DNA from: Vicugna vicugna
Lineage: Eukaryota
Direction: 5' to 3'
Assembly: GCA_013265495.1 (NCBI GenBank)
Contig: MU058718.1
Location: 3,954,678-4,018,677, forward strand
Length of the DNA: 64,000 bases
Part shown: positions 13,480 to 26,380 of the stretch, piece after piece
Layout of the letters: the number at the start of each line of letters is the position of its first letter
How positions within the stretch are numbered: the stretch's first letter is position 1
Notes under the pieces: generated by a model
Database searches by the model: none
What the model saw: the letters and a program-made list of their open reading frames with translations, nothing else
Told to the model about the DNA's origin: nothing
Translations under genes and position numbers: made by a program

Positions 13480-15970
13480 GGGACCCTTAGAATATTGCCC
13501 ATGTGCCATGCCTCCCAGGGTTCTCTCCCACCCTCTGGCACACTTGTGTCCTAATTGGGCATTCAGAGTGCTTGTCATTTCCTGCCCCCCAGGAAGTCCG
13601 ATTAGCTTGATGTCATCAATGCAGTGGACCAGCCTGATGTTCTATGGAATGTCAAGATGATCAAGGTCCCTCCGGACTTTTTGTCACAGAGAACCTAGGC
13701 CTTGGGCAAGACGATGGATGTGAACTGCTGTCCAGCCCACAAACGTGAACTGTTTTTGATCCTCCTTACTGACAGGGATTGCAAGGAGTACACTCATGAG
13801 ATCGGTAGTTCCATGCCAAGTGCCAGAATGTAGATCTGTCCCAGGAGAGACCATACCTGGCTCGGCAGCTGCACCTGGACCTACGATTTGGTTGAGTTCA
13901 TAGTTATCTACCAGCTGAGCTGACTAGGGACGTGATGGGGACCACCACTCCTGCATCCTCTCAATCTTTGATGGCGGTGCTAACCTCTTCAGTTACTCCT
14001 GGGATGTGATTTTGCCCCCGGGTTACTGTTTTGGCTAGAGTTGCATTGCGAGGGTGTGCAGTTTCAGGGCTTCTGTTTGGCCCTTTCTGCCATATTGGCT
14101 CTTACTTCAAAGCTCATGGAACCCATGTATATCCATCCTAATCCTGTGCTTGGGAGTGGAGGAAATAATCTCGAACATGGCTCCGTGGACCCATTAGGTC
14201 CACTGGGAGGCATTACTCTAACCTGGGGCCGTGATAGCATTTTGAGTCCCCAGATACCAGTGCCACCTCAGACTTTGTAGCCACAGCCTTTGGAAGGTGT
14301 GGGTATTTCCCTTTCCCCAGCTACTCTGGTGAGTGGCCACAGACCCCTTTGGGAAAGGATTAGGAGTACTTGTAGTAGCATTGCAGGGTCCTTTGGCAAG
14401 GTGACTCAATCAACAGCGCTTTGGTCTGCAAACTTGACTTAGATCTAGAGACTGGGTGAGGACTGCAGTTTTCCATTCTGACAGTTGATGTCAATCTTCT
14501 GCCTGCCATGCCTCCATTTCTTGAAGTCAAATTGCACACCTGCCAGGCGCCCTTCTGTTATACGTATAAGAACTCCATGGTGAGTTCCTATCTGTAATTC
14601 GTCCTCAGCACAGATTTCTGGGAGAAAAGGCATCTGGCCTCACTTCCCATAATGGTCAAAATGTCTATTTTGCTGCTCTCAGCACCTGGTCTCAGTCACT
14701 CTGGAATCCTATCACTCCCACTGGAACCAGAGAGCCTAATTCCATGGTAGCATCTCCAGCTACAAATAACAAGCCTGTCCACCCAGCCTACCGAGGACAA
14801 CCACCACCAAGCTCAAAGATGCCAGGGTTCTCCTTCCCTGTGCCTTCCTTACTGCTTTAGTGGAGGGAGGCTTCTCCTGGCCTCCCATGGAAAGAAAATC
14901 CAGGCTTTGTAGTGTCACATAATAGGTCCATTCTAACACTTCCACCTCCTTGAGTTCCCAGACCCCTTCCTCAATATTCAGCCAAGGCCATTCCCGTATC
15001 TCCAGCGCATCTACTGAAAGCCCACGCTTCAGAGAGCTGTACCAGCCACGTGTTAGAGACCGTCTCCGGATGTCCCTGTCAGGAGTTAGTCCAACACCCT
15101 CAAGATTTCTGCTGTTACAGATGAGCCCAGTCCTGGCAGTTCCTTGAGTACAGTTATTTCCGCCTGGAGCATGAAGCACATTGCCCTGCTCAGGCACTGC
15201 TGTGACCTCATCCCAGGTGTCGGGCTGTGTGCCCCGGGAGGAGGCGGGGTTAGAACCTAGGCAGAATGTGCAGCATCTTCCTGAAAAGGCACCTGCCTCA
15301 GCGAGGTATTTCAGGGTCTCGGAGAGGAAGCATTTCACTTTGGCAAAAGGGCAGAAGTCACTTCTCCCAGCCCAGCAGGTTCAGGGAAATTTGAGAATTT
15401 AAGCTTTTCAGTCTCATCCTCCTAAATGTCCCTATTCCAGACCCCAGAGTCCCTCTCTTTTTTCACCAGAGCCCTGATGTTGGCATAAGGGACCCGATGA
15501 GGTTGTACACTGTCTCGTTTGTATCTCTGCTGCTCTTACAGTCCTGAGCCCGGTTTTAGCGCAGTCTACCCTGTGTCTGCAGGAGAGAAATGTCTCTTTA
15601 AATACTGCTTGCAGAGGCCTTCAGACTCCTAACCTGAACCTGTCCTTTCTCTCTCTTCTTTTTTTAGCAACAAGGGTGTTAACTCATTCAATAGTCCCTG
15701 TAGTCACCACGGCCCCAGGCCACTCTTGTGCCACTGCTGTTGCCTAAGTCAAACCTGCATGTCATTCAGAACCACCCCTGAAAAACAAAAACAAAAAACC
15801 CACCCCTGATGGAAGTCTTCATAATTGTGTGGCTGCAGCATCCTGGGGTGTTCTCTTGCCCCACTTACCACCAGCAGAGGGGTCCTTGTTGCCATCTGCC
15901 TGGTAAGATGAATCCAGTTCCAGAATCCCATTCTGAAGATCGGCTGGCTAGAGTCACTTCTGGTACCAAC
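13480..15970 (-). mobile_element. Degenerate ERV-L internal region (gag and RT remnants)
   Basis: Minus-strand translation gives Gag-like WPWLNIEEGVWELKEVEVLEWTYYV and ILRVLD, and RT-like EDQKQF and LVHCIDDIKLIG (13612-13632); PBS-like TGGTACCAGAAGTG at 15955-15968. Confidence 0.8.
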
Positions 15971-16385
15971 TGTCTTAGCCTGTGTATTTCCCAGAGGGTG
16001 CAGTCTGGGACAGGGGGTTACTTAGTGGTTTATTTCAGGAAGTGAAATCAGGGAGGCATAGAGGGCAGGAGAGAGGGAAATAGGGAGGGACAGAAAGCCA
16101 TGTGAGGGACAACAGGGACTCATTGTGGGAGGTCTCGGAGGAACTAGAAGAGCAGAGGAGCACTTTTCCTACCACTCCCTGCCCTGCTGTTGGCCAAGGG
16201 AGTGTTAACTCTTGCAAGTTAGAATGGTCCCACCCACATCCCACCCCTCAGCATCCCAGAAGCCCTGGGCAGAAAACAGGAGATGCAGGGTGCAGCTCAG
16301 GTGAGGGTCAAAGCCGGTGAAAGCTGCAGCGACAGTTAAATTAAAAATGGGCTGAAAGGACTGGAAGCAGACACAGGTGGTGACC
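15971..16385 (-). mobile_element. ERV-L class LTR (LTR16-like), 5' LTR of the adjacent fossil provirus
   Basis: Starts TGTCTTAG directly beside the PBS; contains tttatt (antisense polyA signal); distal end approximate. Confidence 0.7.
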
Positions 16386-17602
16386 AAAACCCTGCCTTCC
16401 TTGCTGTTCCACAAACTTTCCAGGCAGGATCCCACAGGAGAGCCTTTGGAATGGTAGTTCCTTCTGCAGGGAATGTTTTTCTGGACATCCTCGTGACCCT
16501 TGCTTTCTTCAGATCTTTTTCCATTTGTCGCCTTTTCAGTGAGGTGGTCTCTGATCGCCCTGCTTTCAGTTGCACCCTCATTGTGCTACTGTGCCCCCTG
16601 CCTTCTTTCTTTCTCTAAGACTGACCACCGGCAGCGTGCTCAAATGTAAGCTGCCCGAGAGCAGAGATTTTTGTCCGCTTTGTTAAGTCTCGTAATCCTA
16701 GAGCTTAGAATGTCTGGCACAGAGTAGGGCTCAGTGTATGTTTTTGAATAATAATGTATAAAAAAGAATATATGAAAATAGAATTTTAAATTTATTTTTC
16801 ATATACTTTCTATATTCACACATTTTAATAAAATTACTTGGTAGATTCTATTTTCATGTATTTTTTTCTGTGTCTGTAGTCTGCTGGGCTGATGATGATG
16901 GTGGCGGTGGTGGTGGTGATTACAGGCGCTTTATTGGAAATTTAACCATCTCGGAAAGCAAGTTAACCCAACTGGCCTTTTCCCTTGGTGATTTTAAAAC
17001 AGTTACAGCTCTGTATGAACATGAAAGCCATTTTATCTAGTTTAAAAAAAATCCCTTTTGACTTCTGATTAGAATTGCATTATGTCTACATATTATTTTT
17101 TAGAATTGACCTTTTTATGATATAAATTCTTCACTAGTATCATTTTATCAGGACCATACTTGTACTTCCAAAGTCCTTAAATGAGATAAAGGTGAAATTT
17201 AGAGCTTTCTTTCTGAATCAAAAGCAAAATTGGGTACTGTTGCCATGAACTCATATTAAGTTGCATGATTTAGTTGAGAGCATTCATCCCAGTGAGAAGG
17301 AAAGAATGAGAGGAAATATGCAAAACCTTGAGTTTTTTCTCTGTTTCTTATTTAGACAAGCTCTAAACCTTGCTGAGTCTCCAGCCCTTGAGAGTGTTAC
17401 AATATGCTGATCTGGGAATCCTTGCAAAGTACCCAGGATTAATTATTACAAAGGAGGGGGACATCACCTTTCTCCACTCTGGGTGAATGTTAACTGATAA
17501 AAGATTCCTGCAAAGGTGTCTGTGTAACAGAGGCCAAGACTCAGGTTCAAAAATTGTAAAGGCTTGTGACAAACATTTTACCATGACAGTTCCTACTTTC
17601 TA

Positions 17603-17763
17603 GTTTTTATTTTATTTATTTTATTTTTTTAAACATTTTTTATTGATTTATAATCATTTTACAATGTTGTGTCAAATTCCAGTGTTCAGCACAATTTTTC
17701 AGTCATACATGGACATATACACACTCATTGTCACATTTTTTTTTTCTGTGAGTTATCATAACA
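17603..17763 (-). mobile_element. 5'-truncated young L1 3' end with 17-bp TSD
   Basis: ACAGTTCCTACTTTCTA (17586-17602) and ACAGTTCCCACTTTCTA (17764-17780) flank a T-rich tail and L1 3' UTR-like sequence. Confidence 0.85.
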
Positions 17764-18133
17764 ACAGTTCCCACTTTCTAAACTTTAATCCCTGTTCTTT
17801 TGTTATTTAGCCACGAACTTGTTGGAGAAGAAGAATGTTTTTAAAAGGAAAACAGGATATGATCATTAAGAACTGGTCTGTTATTTTTCTCTAAAGCACA
17901 GGCAGTATAAATATCTGCCCTCCCCTTCCCCACACCATTCTCCCCACTAAGAACATAGACCAGAGAATCCTTGGCCCTTGGGGATAGGAGAGACCACAGA
18001 TGTAATGGTCTGCACACTGGTCAACCCAGAAACGTGACCACCAAGGAGTCCCTAGGGTAGAGGTCACAAACCCAGTACCTACAGGGGCCAGGCAGGTAGG
18101 GGAGAAATGTTCATTTGCATAATATATATTTTT

Positions 18134-18287
18134 AAATTTTTTATTTTTTATTTTTTATTTTTTTAAATTCGCAGGGGAGGTAGTTAGGTTTATTTATTAA
18201 TTTTTTTTTTAATGGAGGCACTCAGGGTTGACCCAGGACCTTGTGCATACTAAGTATGCACTCTACCACTGAGCTATACCCTCCCCC
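18134..18287 (-). mobile_element. tRNA-derived SINE (vic-1-like), long form
   Basis: Same tRNA-like body plus extended 3' segment and A-rich tail; flanked by TAATATAT..TTTTT TSD-like repeats. Confidence 0.85.
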
Positions 18288-20337
18288 TAATATATTTTTT
18301 ATTTATCTTAAAATATGCAGTTATTTCTACTGCTTGTACATTTTCCCACTTTTGATGGAAACGTGCACATTAAATATCTCACTTTTAACTTTAAGAAAAT
18401 TAATAATGGAAGAGTGATGATAAAGGGTAACTTTTACTTGGCCTTAGGGGCAGGGAGTGGCAGGGACCGGGATGAACTGAAGTACACAGGCCTTATTTAA
18501 AGTGGACACCTGCTTCTCAGCCCCACTCACTGATGCCACAAAGACCGCAGGCCCACGATTGCTAAATCTCCAGTGTTTTCACTGGGAATCTTGGTAACCA
18601 GAGTTTTAAAGTAATGTTCCCTGATAGGAAATGTTGACAACTGGTACAGAATTCTTCAAAATGCTATGGCTAAACATTTGACCTTAGGGGATGTAGAAGC
18701 CTCAGTTTATCACAATAGTTGGGTGGCCAGTGAGGACCAGGGGCTGATGACAACATGGAGGAAGCTGTCCTGGAGGTGTGTGCGGCATCCTCAGCTCTGT
18801 GCGGGAAACCGAGTCAGGCTTCGGTTAGATTCAGCAGATAAAAATAGAGTTGTTTGGTTTTTTTTTTTAAACATGAGAGAAAATGCTTCACTTCGAAGCA
18901 TAATAGGAAATATCCATATTCAAAACACAAAATTAAAAGAAGACTGAAATAAAACAGCAGCAGCAAAGGCAGAAACTTTATATAAGACAAACTAAATCTG
19001 AGTCTGAGCTGGCCCAGGCTTTTAGATACAAAATTCCTGAAGGATGGTGGTGACTGGCCCTGTAAGAGGCACTGAGATCGTATAAGACTGGGCCAGCACA
19101 GATCAGAGAGCTGGTGTTATTCCTCAGACCAGGCCTGAGGCTTTGGCTTCACATACTCATAAACAGGAAGGCATTGTAATTCTATATATGTTCTATATCT
19201 TTATAGAATATTTTGTAATCTAGTCTGCGCTATTAAGACTACTTGTACGTATAATAAACATGCTGAGTAAGCCTGTACACTGTCCATCCGTCATGTTGCT
19301 TCTCATCTAATTCCTCCGAAAGCCCTGAAAGAAGTCCATTCAGGATGGAAGTAGAAACATCCAACCTTTGTGAATGCATCACAGTATTACAGCCATGATC
19401 GAGACCTCCAGGCTACCTATTGCAAACTGGTTTCAGGGCCAAGGGTGTCCCTCTGACTTCTGCCCCTGAGATCAGTGGAGTCAACAGAGAGAGAGGAGTA
19501 AGATGGTTTGGGATGCTGAATCCGCACCATCTGGCTCCTGGTCTCAGCCCTGCACTGACGCTGCCCCCAGCGAGGCCGTAAGAGCCCCCTTGGGAACGCC
19601 CCCAGGGCACCTCTCAGGCTTCTCCCCCAAGTTCTCAGCAGCAGCATCACCGTGGACCACTTCCTCCTTCCATGCTATCTTGGTGGCGTCATGCTCCCCC
19701 GTCTTCTCTCTTATCTTGGGGAGACCTTCTTCCCTTTCCCCTTCTCTGCTTCCCCCTTGTCTACCACACCTCGGGGTGCTGGGGTTTCTTGGGCTGCTTC
19801 CTTCTCATGCTTCTGGGCCATCACTTCTATCCATGGCTTTGCTTACACTCACGCTGACTCCGCAGCTTTGATCTTCAGCTCATGCTCCAGCCAACCTGAT
19901 GACTTCACTTTGTATCTCATAGACCCTGTCAACCCAACGTGCCAAAACAGTCGTTTCTTCCTCCCACCCAAGCCTGCTCCTCTTCTCAGTGATGGTGCCA
20001 CCATCCGCCCCCATTATATAAACCTGTGGTCATCCTGGACACCTCCCTGTCCGTCGCCCCTCACCTCCAGTCCATTACCACATCCTGACTATTCTAGTAA
20101 CAAAGTCTATCTCCAAACCGTGCTTTTCTTGCCATCACCCTTGCCTCTGCTCTGTTTCAAGCTCTCAGCTATCAGCAGCTCTTCACTGGTCTTCTCTCGC
20201 CATATTGCCTCCTCCAAGCCATTCTGTATCCTGCCCCCATACTGCGCTTTTGAAAACCCACATGGTATCGTATTACATCTTGCTAAAACTCTTTCCAGTA
20301 GCTTCCCATTGCACTTAGGGTAAAGTATGAATTTCTT

Positions 20338-21154
20338 TCTTTTTTTTTCATTTTTCAGTTGTATTAAGTAGAATTGTTACAATTGGATTACATATATACA
20401 GTGTATTGCATGTAAATACATATACACAATATACTGCACATATTTTTGAAATTTACATATATGTACTGTTCGTTGTTTCTAATAACTTTTAGAGCTTTAG
20501 CTTTTTAAAGTTACATAGTTATTAAAGGAATAAAGCCAACCACAAAATTAGAATTAATTCAAAAAGATACATACACCCTGCTGTTAACAGCAACATTATT
20601 TATAATCACCAAGATATGGAAACATCATTAAGTGCACATCAATAGATGAATGGATAAAGAAGATGCAGCATGTATATGTAATGGAATACAACTCACCCAT
20701 AAGAAAGAAGGATATTTTGCCATTTGCAGCTCTTCATTCACTTTTTTTTCCACTTCAAAAACCAGAATACTATAACTGGCATATAAACATTTCCATTGCA
20801 TCAAAAAGAACAAAATTCCTAGAAATAAATTTAACCAAGGAGGTTACCTATACTCTGAAAACTGTAAAACATTGATAAAGGAAATTGAAGATGATACGAA
20901 GAAATGGAAAGATATCTTATGCTCTTGGATTGGAAGAATCAACATTATCAAAATGGCCGTCCTACCCAAAGCAATCTGCAGATCCAGTGCAACCCCTGTC
21001 AAAATACTCACAACATATTTCACAGAACTAGAACAAACAATTCCAAAATGTATATGGAACCATGTAAGACCCCGAACTGCCAAAGCAATCTTTATGGGTC
21101 TTTTTTTTCCCGTCTTTCTTTTTGTTCTCTTTACTTATAGTTTGATGACTAGAG
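20338..21154. mobile_element. Rearranged L1 insertion within an L2
   Basis: TSD AAGTATGAATTTCTT (20323-20337) / AAGTATAAATTTCTT (21155-21169); contains ORF2 peptide KEIEDDTKKWKDILCSWIGRINIIKMAVLPKAI and an ORF2-end piece; L2 sequence continues on both sides. Confidence 0.8.
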
Positions 21155-23348
21155 AAGTATAAATTTCTTAGCATGTTGTGCAAGGCCCTGCAGAACCTGC
21201 CTTCTGACTGTCTCACTGGCATCGGTCATGTACTTGACCCACAAACCACACAGTCTTGCAGTTCCTTAAGTGGCCTGAGTTCCTCCTGACTCAGAGCCAG
21301 GCCCTGCCTGGAAAGCTACTACCCATCTGCCACTACACCTGCCCTTGGTCTGGTCAGTCCTTTCTCACCCTCCAGGGCTCAGTTCGAGGTCACTTCCTCA
21401 GGAAGGTTTCTCCAAGGCAGCCTAGACTCTTGAATATGGAGGGCTCATCATGGCACTTCTTTGTTTAATGCCTGAGCCCTCTGTCCCTCTCCCCAGAATG
21501 TCCCCTGTGCCTTGACTGGTGCCTGAGGCTGAGCAGACACTCTGTGGATCCTTGTTGAGTAAATGAATGTAGCCAGGACAGGCACTGGCTTCCAGATAGC
21601 TGCAGCGCGGGAATGTTCTCAGGTCACCCAGAGTCCTGGCAACCTAGGGAGAGTTAATAATTTATTTTAAAATACTTGTAATTTAACATTTGTAAGTCTT
21701 AATTAGATTGAGTCTTGAAGATTGATTTTTCCTAAATTAAAAAAATTTTTGAAAATAGGTTGAGAAATGAGTTATTAGCTGTTTGCAGTTATGTAAAAGT
21801 TATCTCACGGAGGAGGATAGGAGAGGCAAGTGGTTTAAATACCGTGTGACACCTTCCTGTGTTGCTGGAGGTACTGTAAGCCCTCGCAGGAGGTAAGTTT
21901 GACAGTGTGCATCGCAGCCCTCCATGTCTCTATGCGCCTTGATGATATGGCAAAAAGTGGTCTCACGCTCCTGGCAGAGGTGTAAATATGTTTGACTCTT
22001 CTGGAAAGCAATTTGGCCACATCTCTTTAGAGCTTTATGTTGTATTCCTGATGCTCTAAATGGTACCTGACTGACTTCTTACATGGCTACCTTCCTCAAG
22101 GAGCTCTTCCCTGAGCACTCGCCACCCTTGAGCCAGGTATGCTTTACCTGGCTTTTTGTAACACTAATCACATCTGCAACTACTTGTTCAACATCCGTCT
22201 CCCCTCCTGAGTTCTAAGTTCCATGAGAGTCGGGGTGGTACTTGTTCCATTTGTCTCTATATCCTTTGGACTGGCCCAGTGCCTTATGCACATTAAGATA
22301 AATACTCACTGAATAAAATGAATTGAGAAAGCCATCCTACATAGAAATAGACTGAGCCCCAATAAAAATATTGATAGTTAACCTTCCCAGAAAGGATAAC
22401 ATGTCCTGACACTGTTGCGGGTGCTTTATGTCGTGAAATGGTCACTGCGGCCCTTGAGTTTCCTGCTCTCACAGATGGAGGACTGAGGCACAGAGACGTT
22501 AACTAGCTTGTTCCAAGTTCAGATCAACCAACTAGTAAGTGGTCTGTCAAAACCTTATTTATAACAGACAAAAATTGGAGAGAATCTGTGTTGTTTGAAT
22601 AGAATATCCTGCAGTTATTTAGAATCTAGGTTTTCAAAATGGGTAGTAACAGAAAGATGGGGGTAATATAATATTTACAGCCGCCTAGTCCAGTGGATGC
22701 TGCTGTGACACTGCCCTTCACCGGCCACATGGCACCCATGCTTGGGTTCCAGAGTTACAGCTCTTAGTTCTCACGAGGTGTGTGGGGCCGGGGCAGAGGA
22801 GGCCGGACAGAGAAGGGACATCTGGAGGATGGGAGTGTTTCAGGGAAGGAACTGGGTGAACAGGTCCTGAAACAAGAGGCTGCGTGAACCTTTGAGGAAG
22901 TGAGAGAAATTCAGTGTGTCTAGGGGGAAGTCATAAGAGATGAGGCTGGAGAGGTAAGCAGAGGTCAGATTGAGAGGATCTTTGAGTTTTATCCTGAGGC
23001 AGCAGTGCCCCCCATGATCACTGCCGGCGTGGACGTGACAAGTTGCAGGTGCCTATCTTAGCATCTGAGAAAGTCCAGGTATTAGTTTTGGTAGGAGAGA
23101 TACATTTGTACTTTTACTAGAACAGTTGGCTGAAGATGTAAGTGAAGAAAACATATGGAATGTGGAAAATTAAAAGAATCTGAGATTTGAGGTCTGGGCC
23201 TACAGGCAAAAATTTTTCAGAGCCTGTAAGAAAATCTTTGCTTTCAGCTAATTGTCCTAAAGCTGCCTTTTACCCTCTTTGAACTGGGTTGTTTACTTTC
23301 TGTTTGAAACATCTGAGCCAATGCAATTCTTTGGTTTAAAACAGTAGT

Positions 23349-23449
23349 GGGGGGTGGGTAGGATATAGCTCAGTGGTAGAGCGCATGCTTAGCATGCATG
23401 AGGCCCTGGATTCAATGCCCAGTACCTGCATTTAAAAAAAAAAAAAAAA
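23349..23449 (+). mobile_element. tRNA-derived SINE (vic-1-like), short form
   Basis: TATAGCTCAGTGGTAGAGCGCATGCTTAGCATGCATGAGGCCCTGGATTCAATGCCCAGTACC + poly(A); flanks aaaacagtagt / aaaagagtagt. Confidence 0.85.
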
Positions 23450-23936
23450 GAGTAGTCAGTTCTGTCCTCTTTTGTCTGGAAAAAGTTAGTTCAGGCTAAA
23501 AGTTTCCATTTAGATACAGTGACCTTAATGTGGGGTTTTAATAGCTTGGAGTGCCTTCTCTTCAGGGGCTAATGGGCTTTATAGTATCTTGGCTGTTTTA
23601 TGTTGGTTTCATCAAGTGTAACATCTGGAGCAGGAATTTCACATCTTAAAGATTCGGAGGGATTTTACAAAGGAAATGGGCGCATAACTGCCTTTGTGAG
23701 TACCTCCGTTGCCGGCAGTTTCTGTCCTCCCTGTCCACGCAGACGTGCTAGAGCGTGCGGCTCGAGGGCCTCAGCTTTTCTCCTTCAGCCTTTCATCACG
23801 TATGGAGTTTGCCTGTGATTACTACCTCTCTCTACATGGCGAATCACCTGGAGGATTTTGGAAAGATTCCTGAGACCAATTCAGGATCTCTGGGCAGCTG
23901 TAGTTTTCAAAAGTTCCTCTGGTGATTCTGATACAG

Positions 23937-24190
23937 GGTTGTCTACTGCTGCATTAACAAACCACCCCCAAACTTAGGACCTTAAAAAGAATGATTTCTT
24001 GTTTCTCACAATTCTGTGGCTTGGCTAAGTGCTTCTTTTAGCTGGTGTGGCCCGGGCTCACTCAAGTGGCTGCGCTAGGTGGGGGTCGGCAGGGACTGAG
24101 CTCAGCTGGACACCTGGGCCCCGCTCACGGTGTTTCATCCTGGCTGCTTCAGGGCTGAATCTGGGTGGGTCTGGTGATTTGCTCTGACTG
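23937..24190. mobile_element. MaLR (MLT1-like) LTR fragment
   Basis: ctgctgcattaacaaaccacccccaaactta...tttctcacaattctgtgg, typical MLT1 text; approximate ends. Confidence 0.55.
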
Positions 24191-25084
24191 CTAGATTGAG
24201 GCAGAACTTACGTCCCAGGATTCCCGGGATTCCCGAGACCAGGCCTTAAGAAGCCTCTCGGCTTCCTCATCTGCTCTCTTAGACCACGGCCTGGAGGCCC
24301 TCCCACCCTGAGGAAAGTTAACCATTTTTGCTCTCTCCACAATAGTTTGCCTAGTTGTAGTGTTGCCAGTAGGACCTTGGACAGAAGGGGCCAGAAAGCC
24401 AAGTATAAGGTTTATTTCTGCCAACACCACCATTCATTCCTGGCCATTTTTTCGCGGATATACACCTTCAGGCACATCAGATTGGAGAATCTTCCTCATT
24501 TTTCTGTTTTAAAATGTTTCATCAGCCTAGGAAACCTGGTTTCCTTGTTCATTCACAGATATTTATTGAATGCCTATCATGTGTAAGGCCCGTGCTGGGG
24601 GTCCATCATTTTGAGTAGACGAGAGAACACAGACCCTGATGTCATGGTCCTTGTGTTCTGTGGACTGTATCTGTTGTGTTAATGACAGGATATTAGACAA
24701 TCAATTAAACAATCACCTAGTAATCCTGAAGGGTTCACATTTCAGAGGGCCTACGAGGGACACTGAATCAGTCTGGGGAGACCAGAGAGGACTCTTTAGG
24801 AGGGGACATTTGATCTGAGTCTTAAAGGATGAGTTTGTATTAACTCAAAACCACCTCCCTCTTTTTCATTCTTTTTTTGCCAGCCTTCTCATATCTCTCT
24901 TTGCCTTCACCCACCACCTGGGTTATGATAATTTTTCACTTACAAGCTGCTAACAAACAGCCCATGAAGCCAGACAGTGCTGTTTACAGCCTCCTTCAAT
25001 CCAAGACAAGAATTTTTTCTAAAAGACAGCTTTCTTTTATCGGACCAAAATTAGAGACAGCTGTCTTTGACAACCTCAATTTAG

Positions 25085-25231
<147 letters not shown>

Positions 25232-25383
25232 TGAGTGATCCACGCCTTACAAATACAACACAGCAAGACGCGCCAGGGCTTGCGAGGGAAGATTAGCAAC
25301 GACCTTATTTTCAGATTGGGCAGGGACAGCCAGTGTTTGGACAGCATACTCTGCTGCTGACGGGTTACCAGAAAATGTTGGGA

Positions 25384-25603
25384 GGGATTAACAGGTGCAC
25401 ACCTGTTATTTTCTATATAAAACAGATAAACAACAAGGACCTACTGTACGGCACAGGGAACTATATTCAGTATCTTATAATAAACTATAATGGAAAAGAA
25501 TCTGGAAAAGTATTTGTATATATAACTGAATCACTTTTCTGTATGCCTGAAACTAACACAACATTGTAAGTCAACTATATTTCAATTTAAAAAATAATTT
25601 TTA
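25384..25603 (+). mobile_element. L1 3' end with 12-bp TSD
   Basis: AAAATGTTGGGA at 25372-25383 and 25604-25615; acaaggacctactgtacggcacagggaactatattca is cetartiodactyl-type L1 3' UTR. Confidence 0.85.
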
Positions 25604-25871
25604 AAAATGTTGGGAAAGAGATCATAATTAATCATTTTCATGAAGTAGCAGCGTTATCAGGTTTAACTTGATTTCTTTAGCACATTATCTCTGATAGAGG
25701 CTTTCTCGGTCTTTAAGAAAGAAAAGGCAGGGTTGAGTTACTCCATGTCTGACTTGGGAAATGTGAGGACTTGGAGATTGAAAGGAAGGGTTCAAAGACT
25801 ATGGCTAAAAGGAAGTTTAAGACTAACACAAACGTGGTGCTTCATCCAAAGCAGTCTGGGTGTCTGGTCTG

Positions 25872-26380
25872 CTGTATTGGTCAGGACTTGTTTGGTTGGT
25901 TACAAGTGACAAGAACCTAACTGAAGCCAGTGTAGGTGGAAAAGGAATGTGGTGGTGGCTGTAACCGGGAAGGACAAGTGTGACCCTGGAGGCCCCGCTG
26001 ATCTTCCTGCACATCTCTCCCTAGTGTATGTGACGCCTTTGTGTGCAGTAGAAGACTTGGTGAGCAGACAGAGCCTTTGTTTGAAAAAAGGAGGGGAATT
26101 CCCTCCCTCTGGTTGAAGGTAGCCTCTTGCCAGGGTGTGCAGAGTGCAGGGTGGATTTTGGCTCCCACGCACTCCTCTGCTGCGTGTTTTAAGGCAGAAC
26201 GCCATAGGTGGTGGAAGGAAAAAATATGAAATAGAAAGCATGGCCGCAGGCTTTTGCCAACCTATGTAGCCATTCTAGAAGAAAGGAAGCTCTGGAAGAA
26301 GGTAGTGTTTGCATAAAAGTCCAGTGGGAGACTCTTAATTGGCTTTTAGCTCAGGTGATGCAACTATCCCTGCAACCAGT
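25872..26380. mobile_element. MaLR (MLT1-like) LTR
   Basis: tgtattggtcaggact...ggttacaagtgacaagaacctaact start and ...ctcttaattggc...tccctgcaaccagtcactg end. Confidence 0.5.

Noticed and set aside
19652..20323. 223-aa ORF
   Set aside because: Lies in pyrimidine-rich decayed L2 sequence; Ser/Pro/Leu-rich, with no recognisable protein.
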